Source: Octopus sinensis | Lineage: Eukaryota | NCBI RefSeq assembly: GCF_006345805.1 | Contig: NC_043001.1 | Coordinates: 115,010,001-115,074,000, forward strand | Length of the DNA stretch: 64,000 nucleotides | Reading direction: 5' to 3' | Shown here: positions 39,901 through 53,503 of the stretch, piece after piece | How positions within the stretch are numbered: the first letter of the stretch is position 1 | How the letters are laid out: each line of letters starts with the position of its first letter | The notes under the pieces: model-generated | Seen by the model: only the letters and a program-made list of their open reading frames with translations | Told to the model about the DNA's origin: nothing | Database searches by the model: none | Made by a program: the position numbers and the translations under genes

Positions 39901-40189
39901 AACGCACTTTATTTTCTTTCTTCAAAACTTTGTCGTACTTCTGATATTATTAGGGTCGATTTAATCTGAAAAGAAACGAGGAGTCTAAATTTGAGTACAT
40001 TTGGGGTGAAGCACTGAATATCTCGTATGTAACACTCAGATTATATAGGACGAGCAAGAAGCCCCCCCCCACGTACAATGGACGGTGCTGAGTTGTCAAA
40101 CATTTAAACCAAATTTTCTCAAAACAACTTGTCCAACCGTCCCATAGGACTCCACTTTGAGAAACACTGATTTAACTTAAATTTGGGAC

Positions 40190-40432
40190 ACAAGCAAAAG
40201 AAGAAATAAAGATATCGATCGCAACAGCTGATGTACTTGCGCATACAAATGCACGTTCCACGACTTTATCAATCGCATTCTCACCTGAAATCGATTTTTG
40301 TAATTTTTTCAAGATTTATACACGCCCTGATTGCGTCAGTATGTACATATCAAATTTGGGCGCAATCAGATGGAGGATGCCCGAGATCCTAGAAGAGACA
40401 CACACAGACAGAACGGATTTTATATAATATAT
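40190..40432 (-). mobile_element. Probable Helitron-type 5' end fragment
   Basis: Ends in ACACACAGACAGAACGGATTTTATATAATAT, like the 5' end of the 35608-36015 Helitron. No 3' hairpin or CTAG was found. Confidence 0.4.
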
Positions 40433-40856
40433 TAATACATCGTTAGATTAGTACATCGATTAAACTTTAGTAAATTAATACATCACTTAAACTTCATTAT
40501 ACAACATTAAATATATTATAGTAACACAAATATTATATAACATTCAATATCATACAATTCACTCCAAGATTACAACGATTAAACTAAGAGATTAGACATT
40601 ATGTGTTATATCATCTCTCAGTTAAACCATTTAATTATAGCTGTCTAATCTCGGATATTAAGTGATGTAATCTGGGAGTAAGAAACCATTAAATGAGATT
40701 ATACAACGTATAACCTCATAGTCTGATCAGTGAAATCTGGATTTAATTTTGTATTAAGTGATAATTCCGTATATTGAATGCTTTCTTTTGTAGTTTAAAT
40801 GATATATTCATTAATCCTGTATAATATAAGAGTTAAATTAAGTATTATTTATTTAT

Positions 40857-41151
40857 GCACCCTTTTCAAGCCTAGCCAGGCTCATGGGCCTGGTTTGCCG
40901 GTTTCTGTTGGGTATGGGATCCTCCCAGCTGGACGGAACGCCAGTCCATCGCAGCGTTATTCAAGAAACAGGAAGAAAGAGTTAGAGAAAATTGGGGCGA
41001 AAGAGTACAACAGGGATCGCCACCACCCCCTGTCGAAGCCTCGTGGAGCTTTAGATGTTTTCGCTCAATAAACACGCACAAGGCCTGGTCTGGGAATCGA
41101 AACCGCGATCCTCCGACCGCGAGGTCGCAGCCCTAACCACTGCGTCTCCAC
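40857..41151 (-). mobile_element. tRNA-derived SINE (head type 2, tail Y)
   Basis: Shares a ~190-bp head/middle with 33760-33953 but ends in GGCCCATGAGCCTGGCTAGGCTTGAAAAGGGTGC. Confidence 0.85.
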
Positions 41152-41415
41152 TTAAATTAAGTGTATTTTACTAAAATCTTTCCTTTTCAATTTTTAGTCG
41201 CTGAGTTTTAAATTATATTTTTATTGTTTGTTATCAGCAAAGATGTAGGCAACAAAGACAAGCAGACATCAATTACAGAAGCATAGAACTCTGTTACAAG
41301 AACAAATGCCAGCCGCCGCGGCGGAATGTCAGTCGTGTGGGCCGGTGACACTTGTTCTCGTAATTGAATTTTACGCTTATATAATTGATATATGCTAGTC
41401 TTCCAAAAACGTGTA

Positions 41416-41791
41416 TCTTTATATATAAAAGAAAGGTTGTGTGTCTGTCTACTCCGATTTAGATTCCTAACTACTCCCACATTTTGCGGTGCAGTTTAAC
41501 CAAAATCGGGTATCTTATAGTCGTGATTCATATTAAAGCCCTTCTGGGTATTAGCGCGCGTCTACGATGAGTCTACGATTTTAAAATTAATTTACCAACA
41601 TTTTTTCCTTTTTAAGGCATATTTATTTTAAATATAAGGGAAGTAACTCTCTAAAAATGTCTACGATGTCTCAACGATATTTTTTTTTCCATTTTTAATG
41701 CATTTTTTGCTATTTTTTGGCTATAACTCTCTAAAAATGCTTTATAGTTATTTCCCTTACAAACCCGAGCAACGCCGGGCGATACTACTAG
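41416..41791 (+). mobile_element. Non-autonomous Helitron (376 bp)
   Basis: 5' A|TCTTTATATATAAAAG, 3' hairpin CCCGAGCAACGCCGGG (41764-41779) followed by CTAG|T. Confidence 0.85.
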
Positions 41792-42444
41792 TTTTATATA
41801 AAGTATTAAAACTGATTACGTGTTCTGTGTTCTATATACCTCGCGGACCCCGCACTATCTTGTCAGGATTGCTGAAGATGGTTCAATCAAGTCGAGGATA
41901 GGAGTTGACTTATACATACATATATACATAATAAATACGTATACACACGCATTGGTACATATCTATATATAAATGTATGCGTGTTTGTGTGTTTGTGTGT
42001 ACGCGCGTGGGTGTGTGTGCGTATAATTATAAACAAGAACAATGGACTCAGGAAGTCCTTCTGTTACATCAATTTATGATCGTTTTATCTGAATTCGATC
42101 TCATGAATATTGCGATATTAGGCTATAATATACACAAACAGAAAAAAAAAAAACCCACCACGAACGCAGACAAGCTGAATCCCGCATCAGTTGTCGACCA
42201 ATCATCACAATATCGCTACCTTCCAACAACATTGTTCAGTTTTGGTGGTCAGCAACAAAAGCTGCTGGGTATAGATAAACAGACAGGATAGAGGAACAAG
42301 GACGGAGAGAAATGAGAAAAGTACAGAAACATGAAAAGATGAGATCTTGTGGATCAAACGGTAAATAATGACGAATTACGAAGAGAAGGAGGGAAAATAT
42401 GTAAGAAAGAAACAAGTAGGCGAAGACAGTAGCCAAAATACAAA

Positions 42445-42983
42445 ACATGTGTGGTAAGAAGCTTGTTTCCCACCGACATGGTTCCAGGTTCAGTCCCACT
42501 GGTTGGTACTTGGTCAAATGATTTCTACTATAATCTCGGGTTGACCAAAGCCTTGTGAGTGGATTCCCGTCGTCTGCAAAGGAATTTTATTTAATTCTTT
42601 CGCAGAAAGGACTAGTTCGACGAGACGTGTTCTGTCCTCACCTTCGAAACACGCTGGAGTTGAACTAGGGACAGCTAATGAAGGGGATTTTTCCTTGTGT
42701 AGTTGTCTTGTACTCTGTTTTTTCGTTGTTAAAAAAATGATCCGTTCCATGCTGTTTTTACGTTTTCGTTTCTCGTTGAGTTCTACGTCTATTTATGGTG
42801 TCCTGTACACACGTATATATATTTATATATGCATGTATATATACATGTAGATGTAGGTACGTACATATATGTTTGTATGTATGCATATATTTTATTTATT
42901 ACGCTATTGTATGACTGAGCGCCTTCGCGTCGATTCGATTCGATTCGTTTGGTTTCGTTTGGTTTCTTCTTCTTCTATAAGCT

Positions 42984-43019
<36 letters not shown>

Positions 43020-43215
43020 TCTATGCGCGCGCGCGTGTGTGTTTATCCTTCAACCCTCGCTTGACAACCGCTGCTGGTGTATTTGTGTCCTTGTATCAAC
43101 GTGGTTTGGCAAAAGAGACAGATGAAATAAGAATTGGTTTAGAAGAGAAAGTGCTGGGGTCGATGCTCCAGCATGGCGTCAGTCAACTAACAGAAAAAAG
43201 TATAAGAATAAAAGA
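42445..43215 (+). mobile_element. SINE family B, interrupted by a ~230-bp insertion
   Basis: Head at 42445-42572, unrelated sequence at ~42575-42810, a microsatellite, then tail at 43040-43215. Confidence 0.7.
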
Positions 43216-43749
43216 ATGAAAGAATACATAGAATGCCTTTCGAATTATTTACAAAAATACGATTCGTGCTAAGTAAAACTTATAGGGTCGGGGGTGACCC
43301 TTTCTGATCTGAGAATAAATACTATGAACATTTTAGAAAATTTGACAGACTGGGAGTTGGAATTAAATTTGAAACAAATCAGAAGCTATGCGTTCCGTTC
43401 AAGTTTTATATGCAGGGTTTGCTCAGAGCTTATACTTATTCCATACCACAGTATGACGAAGAAACGAAACATGGCTAACACACTGGTGCATGTTCACATA
43501 CACAGATAAATGTTTGTGCGTTCATAATCTTGGGTACATATATATACATATATATATATATATATAATAATAATAAATATTAGGGAGTAAATCCAAAATT
43601 ACAGGGGAAAAAATCAGATTTAGGATTAAATCCAATTTTATAGTAAAATATTATATAATATTAATTCGAGACAAAACCACTATTTGCAAATCAAACAAGG
43701 AAAGACTTAATCAATACATAAAAAAATTTAATATAAAGTAAATAAATCG

Positions 43750-43793
43750 CCACTACAATTGTTTCATGTCTTCAAATGACATTCGTCAGGTGG
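43750..43793 (-). ncRNA. Minimal type I hammerhead ribozyme, canonical core
   Basis: CCAC-CUGACGA-AUGUC(AUUUGAA)GACAU-GAAAC(AAUU)GUA/GUGG. All three stems pair, loop III is palindromic, and predicted cleavage is between 43754 and 43753. Confidence 0.85.
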
Positions 43794-43813
43794 ATTTCCG
43801 ATCTTCTAGTCAG

Positions 43814-43847
<34 letters not shown>

Positions 43848-43878
43848 TTTATTTAAAGCAGCAGAAAATTCAACAAAA

Positions 43879-43916
43879 CCTGTTACTCTGAGTTTCCCGT
43901 TGCCGTTCATCGACAA
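43879..43916 (-). ncRNA. Decayed hammerhead motif
   Basis: UGU-C(-)GAUGA-ACG(GCAA)CGG-GAAACUC(A)GAGUA/ACA. Stems I and III and the GUA triplet are intact; U4 is missing and the stem II closing pair is mismatched. Confidence 0.5.
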
Positions 43917-43922
43917 TTTTTG

Positions 43923-43924
<2 letters not shown>

Positions 43925-43981
<57 letters not shown>

Positions 43982-44200
43982 GAGAGAGAGAGAGAGAGAG
44001 AGAGGGAGATATATATATATATATTATATATATATTATTATTATTATTATTATTATTATATTATTATTATTATTATTATTATTATTGTTATTATTATTAT
44101 TATTATTATATTATTATTGCTATTATTATTATTATTATTATATTATTATTATTATATTATTATTATTATTATTATTATGTTGTTGTTGTTGTTTTGTTAC
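43925..44200. repeat. Compound microsatellite (TA)n(GA)n(TAT)n(TGT)n
   Basis: Direct reading of the sequence. Confidence 0.95.
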
Positions 44201-46247
44201 TATTGTTGTTATATTATACAATTCTTATATGTAAAAGTACGATTCAGAAATTTTACCTCACCTTATTAACATTTAATCAATTAATTCTTTAATGGAACAA
44301 ATCTAAAGTTACCTATTACATTATGAATTAAGAGCTCCCGTTAAACCATTAACTAAAATCGGTGTTATGTATAATATATGATGTCGTCATCACAAGATAT
44401 AATGCCGGGTGAGTTGTGTCGGTTATGATCGATTGTGGCTACCAAACTATAAACATTAAAAGATTCATTTCTGTTCCAAACTCTTAATTCCCATGTGGTA
44501 ATAATCATAACATAAATACCAGTTGTTGAAAATGTTGCCGCTCTTTGTTTGGTCCCAGGTCCATTCTGAATAAATAGTCCTACTATCTACGGAGCTTCGA
44601 CACTGAAAATTCTATCGTTTTATTTGTCGATGACTACATATGGTAATGTATTTTTGTTTTTGTTACAGTTGTTAATGCTGTGGAGGTTTTCTTTTGGCTG
44701 CAGTACATATCGTGGTTATTTTATTGTTGAGGAGGTCGTTGTGATTGTTTTTGTGGTAATGTTAGTTGTTGTTTCTGTAATGGTATTGCCTATGTTATTG
44801 TTGTTATGGTTGTTGTCTTGGTAGGATAGTTTTGTTTTTGTTGTAGTGTTGGTTGCTGTTATTAACTTCTGTCATTGCGACTGTTATAGTGGTATTTGTT
44901 GCTGTGAACTTTAATCAAATTAAAGTATTATCTAACGGCCTCCATCTGGGATTTTCCTTCTTTTTCACTATCTTACAGATGCAGTGTTCTTATCACTGTC
45001 GTAGATTAGCTCCACGCCAGCCTTGATTCTGTAGACCAACGATGACAAAAATTCTAGTTGTGACCCTCCTGTTATATTGTCTACATAAGGCTATTTCATT
45101 TAACGTCTCCTTCTTTCGTAGGATAGCATACGATGATTTGGCTGCTCTTTCTAGCAGATGTAGTACATGAAAGAGGCTCCATTTTAGAATCTAGTTGTCT
45201 CTCTATATTTATGATTGTAGGATGTGATTTGAGGAAGATGTGGGAACTCAGCACTATGTTGAGGCCTACTCATTAATTAGACTAAATGCCAGGTCTATAT
45301 GGTGGATGGTGTGATCGAATGTAAGTAATATTCATTAGCAAACCAACGACATGAGTATTAGGTGGTTACTCTAAACAGATTGGAATAACAAACCCATCTC
45401 CGTTATGTCGTCTTAGGTACGTTATTATTAAAGAAGTTACAGCATTCTCATTTTTGGAACAATTTAGTCAGAGTTCTGACATACGTATAGCTATACGAGA
45501 ACATGAATATCCACATCGACAAGTACGCCAAGAGTCAATTATTTCACTGTTAGGTATTTTAGCTGTAGGATTTGAGCAAAATCATGGTATTTTAGTACCT
45601 TGCGTACTGAATGTGGTAACTAAGTAACTGCTATTTAATCAAAATTCTTCCAGTAATATGGAGACGAAGTCATTACCTTCATCATTAACTAATGGACTTG
45701 GAGACAGAGGAAGAACGCCAGAGTTTCAATTAATTAAATTTTAATTTAATTTAAATTATAGTGGGAGAGCGGTTCTGATGATTGTTAGAGCAGTGAAATC
45801 ACGGAACTGCTTTCGGTATTATTAGATTTCGTCAGTGAAACATAGTGTGTCGCTAAATAACTATAAAATAACCGGAGAAGGTATAAAGTATTAGTGAATG
45901 AAAACTGAGTGTAATGATAACTTAAAAGAATGACAAGTGTGTATATCTAGGAAGCCCTTCTGCAAGACAAAGTAATAGCAAAGTGAGCATTTCGTTGAAA
46001 ATGCACTGAGACCGGAAGATTGAAGAAGTTGAAATTATATTAAGGACTTCAATTGACTGCCTTTGGCAATAAATAAATGCGAAGGGAAACAGCTGCAGAA
46101 CCAATTAAAAGTATTTATGCATGTTGTGCACCTAAGGTCTTTGATGTCTCCTCCCGATGTGCCCCTGAGATTATTCTTCAACAGTCATTTATGAAACACT
46201 GAAATTCATGTTTGGAAGAGAACCAACATACCCTTAGACAAAGACGC

Positions 46248-46406
<159 letters not shown>

Positions 46407-49400
46407 TTTCTTTATTGGCCACACAGGATGAACACAAAATACAAAGAAGAGCTTTTCTTTATGGGAGGAAAAAAAGAGAAAAAGAAAGGGGGTGAGGTAG
46501 AATTTCGATCAAAAGGGATAGTGGAGAGAAAGCGAAGCTGATCAATGGGCATCGTGTATCACTGAAATGTCATAATGTAGAAAAAAAGCCTACGGAAAAG
46601 ACCACGATAACCTTGGGCAATCATGTCATGCAAAAAACACATTACAGTAAGTGACTCTCATTTTTCATTTCTTTTTCTGGTTCATAAGATTATGCTCAAG
46701 GTGACTCCGTTTTCCACACGTGCCATCCTTGCTACATTTACTCATCTTTCTTTGAAACATTCACTACACAAAACTTCCCTCTCTACTCTCACGCTCCTTT
46801 TCAAGTGATACTTGAGAAGAGAGGAACGTGGTTGTCTCTAGACCATACACATTCTTTCGCCATAGCCACAAGTACGATGAAAATAGCTCTTCGTTCTCAT
46901 TTCAAGGAAGGATGCACGACAATATTCGCGATAGACTCGGTTGATAAACTGATACATCCCACATGCGATAGCAGTCGTTCGATATAGGCCCACAGGTCGA
47001 AAATGATTGGACACTGTACGAGTGTGTACAGAACGGTTTCGCCGCTCTGACTGCATCTCGGCAGGTCGGCCCCGTGTTTCTCGAACCATGCCTGTAGAAC
47101 TTATCCCGAACGGGTAGCGCTTCTCAATAGCACTGCTCGGCTAGGGATCTCTGGAAGTTGACTATAGGTCCCCGCCCGAAAGTCGTCTTGAACAGGTGGG
47201 TCAGGTATTCCTCGTCGACGCTCAGGTTCGCCGTCTCCTCCACTAATCCTTTATAGAATGATTTGATCCTGTTGCAATAGGTCAAGGTCGACCCGGGACG
47301 GCATAGTTGCCCGAGAGCATCGCGACGCTCGCGGTGCCATTCGCCCTTCCTCGGCCTCTTTTTGATCCATGACTGCAATTCGGTCATGGAGACGAGCTCC
47401 GGTAAAGCGCGCCTCACAAACGGCAACCACACCCGTTCACCATCGTTTACTTAGAGCCAGAGATGTCGCAGTCTCAGCGCGTGTCTGCGCATCATCAACC
47501 ACGGCATGCCCAGCCCTCCTGTTAACGGGTGTTGGCAGCAAACAGATCACCTGATCATCGGAACGCATCCTTTCCACAAGAAGCGGAAGAGAATGTGTTC
47601 CAGTTTGGTGATGGTAGGGTCGGGAAAATGCATGACGGATGCGATGTACGTGTTCACCATCTCTTCCCGACCTTTTAGGGACAGTTTCCTCTCGGCCCAT
47701 TGCCGGGCGAGAGTGACCACCCTACTCGTTTTCTCGTTCCAATTCTTCTCTGTTTGGAGGTCCGGACCAAACCAGATCCCGAGGAACTCGACCGGACCGT
47801 AGGTCCAGCGTCCCACGGCGGAGACGCTGGTGGACGGCATGGGCTTGCTTCTCCAGGTTCCGACCCGCAAGCCCTCTGACTTGTCCCGATTGACTTTCGC
47901 TCCTGATACCGCTTCGTAGTTTGTCAGTGTCTCGCCGACCAGCTCGATGTGCTTCTGGCTAGACACTATGACGGTGACATTGTCCTCGTATGTGGACACG
48001 CTCATCCTGCATCTTAATTCTCAGTCTCTCAGCGTCGCCAGTTTCCGCAGTAGTAGCTCGAGAGTCAATACGTACAAAAGCGATGAGAGGGGGCATCCCT
48101 GACGGACCGAACCTGCAATATCGAAAGGTCTCGATAGAAAAATAACGAAAAAAATCGAACGGATACCTATGTACAAGGAAGCTATCTAACCGCGGATGGG
48201 GGAGCCGAAACCAGCTGCTATGATAGCAGCCTCCAAGTATCGATGGTCTACCCTATCGAAAGCTTTGCATTGATCCAAATTGACCAGGGCCCCCCTTCAT
48301 GCTAGATTCCTGTCTATGATGTAGCGCATAAGGTAGAGGTTGTCATGGATGGTCTGGCCCGGCACGCGCCTTGTCGACCTGCTTCTCGATGACAAACGCC
48401 AACCTCGTGGCTAACACGTTGGCCAAAATTTTCAAGTCTGTATTGAACAGTGATTGGCCAGTGATTGGCCTAAAGTCATCTATTACGTCCCCTTTGTTTG
48501 GATCTTTCTTCAGCAGCGTTACGGATCCTTGGCTCACAAAACCGGGGATGCTCCCATTTTGCTGTCAGTTGCAGTACACTCCTGCCAAGGCATCTCCAAA
48601 CAAGTCTGGCATACAACTGTAAAGCTCATAGGGTAGACCATCCAAGTCCGGTGATTTGTCCCTCGTGCATTCTTCCATCGCGTCCCACACTTCCGCTGCC
48701 GTGATGGCTCTTTCGCAGCACTTTATCTCTCTTGTCGGGTGTCGTGGCAAGCTGTGCAGGTAGGCACTGAAGTCCACTCTGCGTTCTCGCTAGCCACTCG
48801 TCCCGAACAGTCGGCCAAAATGCTGTTGAAAGGCCTCACACATTTTACTTGGCTCGAGTAATTCGCGCCCCTGTTCATCTACCGGAGACCGAATGGTGGC
48901 TTTGTTGCCCTATTGCGCCTCCGCCACCCGGGCCTGTCCCACGGCTCCAACACTTTCGTTCCTTAGAGCACGCATCCTAACCCTGACAGCACATCGTTCG
49001 TGTTTGGTGTTGAAGTGTTGGTCGAGGGCCAGCCTCGCCGCCAAAATGACAGATGCGATATCACTTCTAATGGCCTCTTCTAGCTTCTAAACTAGGTCAC
49101 CCTCTACTCTGTTTTTATCTGAGGATAGTGCTTTGCTATACTTAATCGCTTCTGTTTTTATTGTTCTCTTGAGGGCAAACCACCATTTGTTGTTGATGAT
49201 GGTTCCCGTCAAAGCCCTCTTTACTAGTGTGCTAATCCGGTCTCTGAAGACCTGTCTAGACAGGAAAAACGCGTTTAGTTTCCAGTGACCGGAACCATGT
49301 CTGTGTAAGTCTAGCGTACACGTCACACGATTGTGATCCATGTAGCTGACTATGTGGAATTGTGGACACCCTACGCTCTCGCAATCTACTGTCCTAAACA

Positions 49401-52041
49401 GTATCCTATCTAGATACGATATCAGCGACCCGATGTAGTTACTTCATGTTCACGTTGGTAGATTTGGGTGGTCGAGTCGGTACCTGTCAGACAGTTGAAA
49501 GCGTCCGAACAGGTCTCTGAGTCATTTGTATCCCTGTCTATTCCTATCTCTGACCACGTAAACTAGATGCGTGTCCAAGGTAGCATTCCATTCCACCACT
49601 AAAAGTAAAGGACGAGACGTTACTAGGAATACTTCTGTCGAAAGAAATCCGGCTGACCTGTTAAATGCGGTGCGTAGACTGATACGATTTGAAAAGCTCA
49701 CCCATCGCTGCCGTCGACATCCAGGACAACCAGTCTACCCTCCGGGGCTACGAATATTGTCTTTATTTCGAGATCCAGACTCTTCCGAAAAAGCACCGCC
49801 ATGACGCTACCGCCCATTCCCGGCAGGCAGGGAGACAAATAAATGTTAAACTGTCCGACAAACTTGGACTTTAGGGCACGTGGATTGTGGAATAAGGTCT
49901 CAGTTATGGCTATGATTTCTAATTCATATGACTATATATCGTTTAAGAGTTAGCCTTGTTTCCAAGGGGTACCCAAGTCATGCGCATTCACACAACAATT
50001 CTTGCTCATAATCCTAGTCATGTGTGTGTGTAAACACTAACGATAGGAACAGAGGGTTTCTTACCGTTTTTGTGTCTCCTCTTTCGGTTTTTCCTCGAGA
50101 AGTTCAATATACAGTTTTTTGGAAGAGTACTTCTGGCATCTTCCAAACGTAGCGGGGTAAATGGATTTTAGTGCATGGTGTATGGTTGGTGTGATGTGCA
50201 ATATTTTAATGTGTTCTGATGGTGTTGTGTATGGGTGGTTGCTTGTTTTTATGTCTTCGTGTGTCATGTTTGTTTTTGGGTTGATGTAATCCATCAACTC
50301 TGTATTTTTCGTGTTGATGGCAGTGAGCATTGTGGGTGTGTTTGTTTTTGAGGTGTTGTTGTTGGTCCTAGTGTTGGTGCTCGAAAGTTTTCCGGAGTTG
50401 TGTATCTCCCTGCTTTGCGTTTGGTTTTGGTTGTTTTTTTGCTCCTCTTCCGCTTTCCTTTTCTGGCTATTTGCCATTCCTCACTGCTTTCGTCTTCCGT
50501 CGAAATTTCTGAGGAATCGGAAGCGGGCAGGAACAAGTTGTAAGCTTCTATGTATGTTTGTGTAAGTGGTTGTGTTGGTGTTTTCGTTGCTATTGGTTGT
50601 TGATTGTTTGTGTGAGGTGTATGTGATATAGGGAAGGGGGAACCAGTATTTGCATTTTCTTTTGTTTATTTTTGTTTCTTTAGTTCTTGCTGTCGTTGTC
50701 GTTGGTGTATTTCCGGCTGCTGTTGTATTATCTGTTGTTGGTGTCGTCTTCTGTGTTGATGGTGGTGTGGGTAGTAGAGGTTTCTTAGAAGGTTTCTCTG
50801 GTTGTGGTGGTAGTAGTTGTTCTTTGTTTTTGTAGTAGTCGGACAATCGATTTTCAAATGTGTTTCGTGGCCGCCTGCTCTCCACCACTATATACAGTCT
50901 GTGGCCTTCTGTTATTTCTATGGAGGTGGGTAATTTATTAATCGTTGGCTAATCAATCTGCAGAAGGATCTCAAGTGGCTTTCCGGCCCAATGTTGTTCT
51001 AAAACAGTAATTTCTAGGATGTTTTGTTTCCTCCATCTCGAAACAGATGGCAGATATTAGCCATTGTGTTTCGATTTCCCGAGACACATTTTTTATTCTG
51101 ACTTTTGTCACTCTCTGGCCTAGATACGTTGGTATCATCACTAACCCATCCGTATTGAGGCTCAGTGTAGGGAAACGGTTGGCTAGATGTTCGTCCTGGA
51201 ATCGGTCTTGGACGGTGCCGTATTTGTGCCACCACTTTACGTATTCCCTGCGTGGCCAAACAGGGCGAAGGCATTTTTCTAATTTTTGTTGTGGTGCTTG
51301 CTCTGTTTTTTTTTTTTTGTTTTCGTGTTGATAATTTTATAGATGATCATTCTTATCTCTGTGTCTTCTATGATGTTTTTTGGGATGTGGATGTGTAAAT
51401 TGTCTCCTTCTTTGCTAAGGAGGGCTTTTGTGTCATCTATTTGTTGCGAGGTGTGAATTTGACTATGTTTTTTCTTTTGTTTTATTGCTTCAGCAACATT
51501 TGTTATGTCCGTGGTGGTGGTGTTGGTGTTGACGGTGACAGAGGAGGTAGTTGTAGTAGCAGAAGTTGTTGTAGTGGTGGTGTTGGTGTTGACAGTAGAG
51601 TTGATGTCTTTGGTGGCGGTGATGGTGGAGGGCCTTGCGGCATTAGTTTTGTTGTTGTCGTTGTTGTTCTTGCTGCTGCTGTTGTTGTTGTTTTTGTTGT
51701 TGTTGTTGGTGGTGGTGGTGGTGGTGGTAGGGGGGGGTGACAGCAGCTAATGGTAGCGGTAAGCTGGGGAAGTTTTTCTGTTGTTTTCCGTGCCTCACTA
51801 GCATTCGCATGACCTGCACGCTGGCCTCGTGGTTTACAATCGCAATTTTCGAACTGAAAAATAGCTAAAATGAATCCACGAAAGCCTTCAAAATTTTGAA
51901 ACTTTCGCTCACACAGGGGCGAAATTCTATGTAAATATTTATCAAGCTTTGAAGTGAATGTTGTTGCACAACTTTTAAACAGGAAATATTCGACAATAAA
52001 ACTTTTAAACATGCAAAAACTGCCACCTTACGTGGATCCAT

Positions 52042-52043
<2 letters not shown>
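46407..52043 (-). mobile_element. Near full-length Tx1/L1-type LINE (~5.6 kb), decayed
   Basis: ORF2 starts at ~50021 with APE (LEIIAITETL). RT motifs are DFRPIT, DLKILANVLATRL, LDQCKAFDRVDH, GSVRQGCPLSSLL and YEDN, followed by a C-terminal CCHC-like region. ORF1 remnants lie at 50060-51800. An AATAAA sits at the 3' end, followed by (TATC)n. Confidence 0.88.
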
Positions 52044-52470
<427 letters not shown>

Positions 52471-53237
52471 GCTTTAACAATATGGTGAATTTTTTACAGC
52501 ATTATATGGTTCTATTATAATGTCATTCCAACGTATACATCTATTGCAATTCAATAATTGAATAACAACACCTTTCAAATATTTTTAATCCGAGAATCCC
52601 AGTTGTCGGTGGCATTAAATTTTCAGATGTTTTACAGCCTGAGGGAAAACAGTTGTAAAATTTACTACTTAACAAAATCAACACTCTTAGACGTATAGAG
52701 GTAGAAGGATCTGTACAAAGCTGTAACGTTGGCCTTTATTTAATCTCCTCAGATAATACCCTCTGATGACATGAATCATAGAGACCGATGGCTACAGATT
52801 CGGTTGTGAGATTAAGAGGCGATTATTGAATGACATTACTTGAACTACGGTACCTGTATCTTTCGCAAAATGTCCACCACACATACCTCTAAGCCAAACT
52901 ATTCCACGTACAAACCCTCCACTCAACACAGCACCTCTATATTGTAGCTTCCAGCAATGTTCATGCTTCACACTTAAATGTTATATGAAGGATATTAACA
53001 CTTTCATAATCTTGGCTAGTTGATTCCATGTAAATCAGCTCTTAAACATGAGAATCAATCAGTTTATCTTGTTGAAAATCAGGATTAAATTAATGCCATC
53101 ACTGCTGTTGTTAATTTTATTTGTTTTTCTTAGTCAGCATTGAATATATTCGCATAAGTGATGTAGCTACACAGGCATGCAGACGCATACTTTCATATGT
53201 ACGAGCTTAGATATACAGATATGTATACATGTATCTG

Positions 53238-53270
<33 letters not shown>

Positions 53271-53394
53271 TGATATAAATCGATAGAAAGACGGATAGAC
53301 GGAGATATATACGGAGGCAGTTAAAGAGGGACAGAGAAAGGGGGAAGGAGGGAGAGGGATGAGAGAGGGGAGGAGGGGGAGATGGGGATGGTGA

Positions 53395-53503
53395 GACAGA
53401 GGGAGGGTGAGACAGAGAGGAAGGTGAGAGAGAGAAGGTGAGAGAGAGAGGAAGGTGAGAGAGAGAGGAAGGTGAGAGAGAGAGGAAGGTGAGAGAGAGA
53501 GAA
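53395..53503. repeat. GA-rich minisatellite, unit ~17-19 bp (GAAGGTGAGAGAGAGAG)
   Basis: About 5 tandem units. Confidence 0.85.

Noticed and set aside
42630-42690. CCTTCGAAAC..CTAATGAAGG as a possible type II hammerhead
   Set aside because: G5 is mutated, stems I and III do not pair, and the stem II register is wrong.
51503-52012. Pro/Thr-rich 169-aa ORF as a host gene
   Set aside because: It lies on the same strand as, and directly upstream of, the LINE ORF1 remnants. It is best explained as the LINE 5' UTR/ORF1 start.
52760-52800. CTGATGA..GAGA-CCGA
   Set aside because: GAAA and the cleavage triplet are absent and stem I does not pair.
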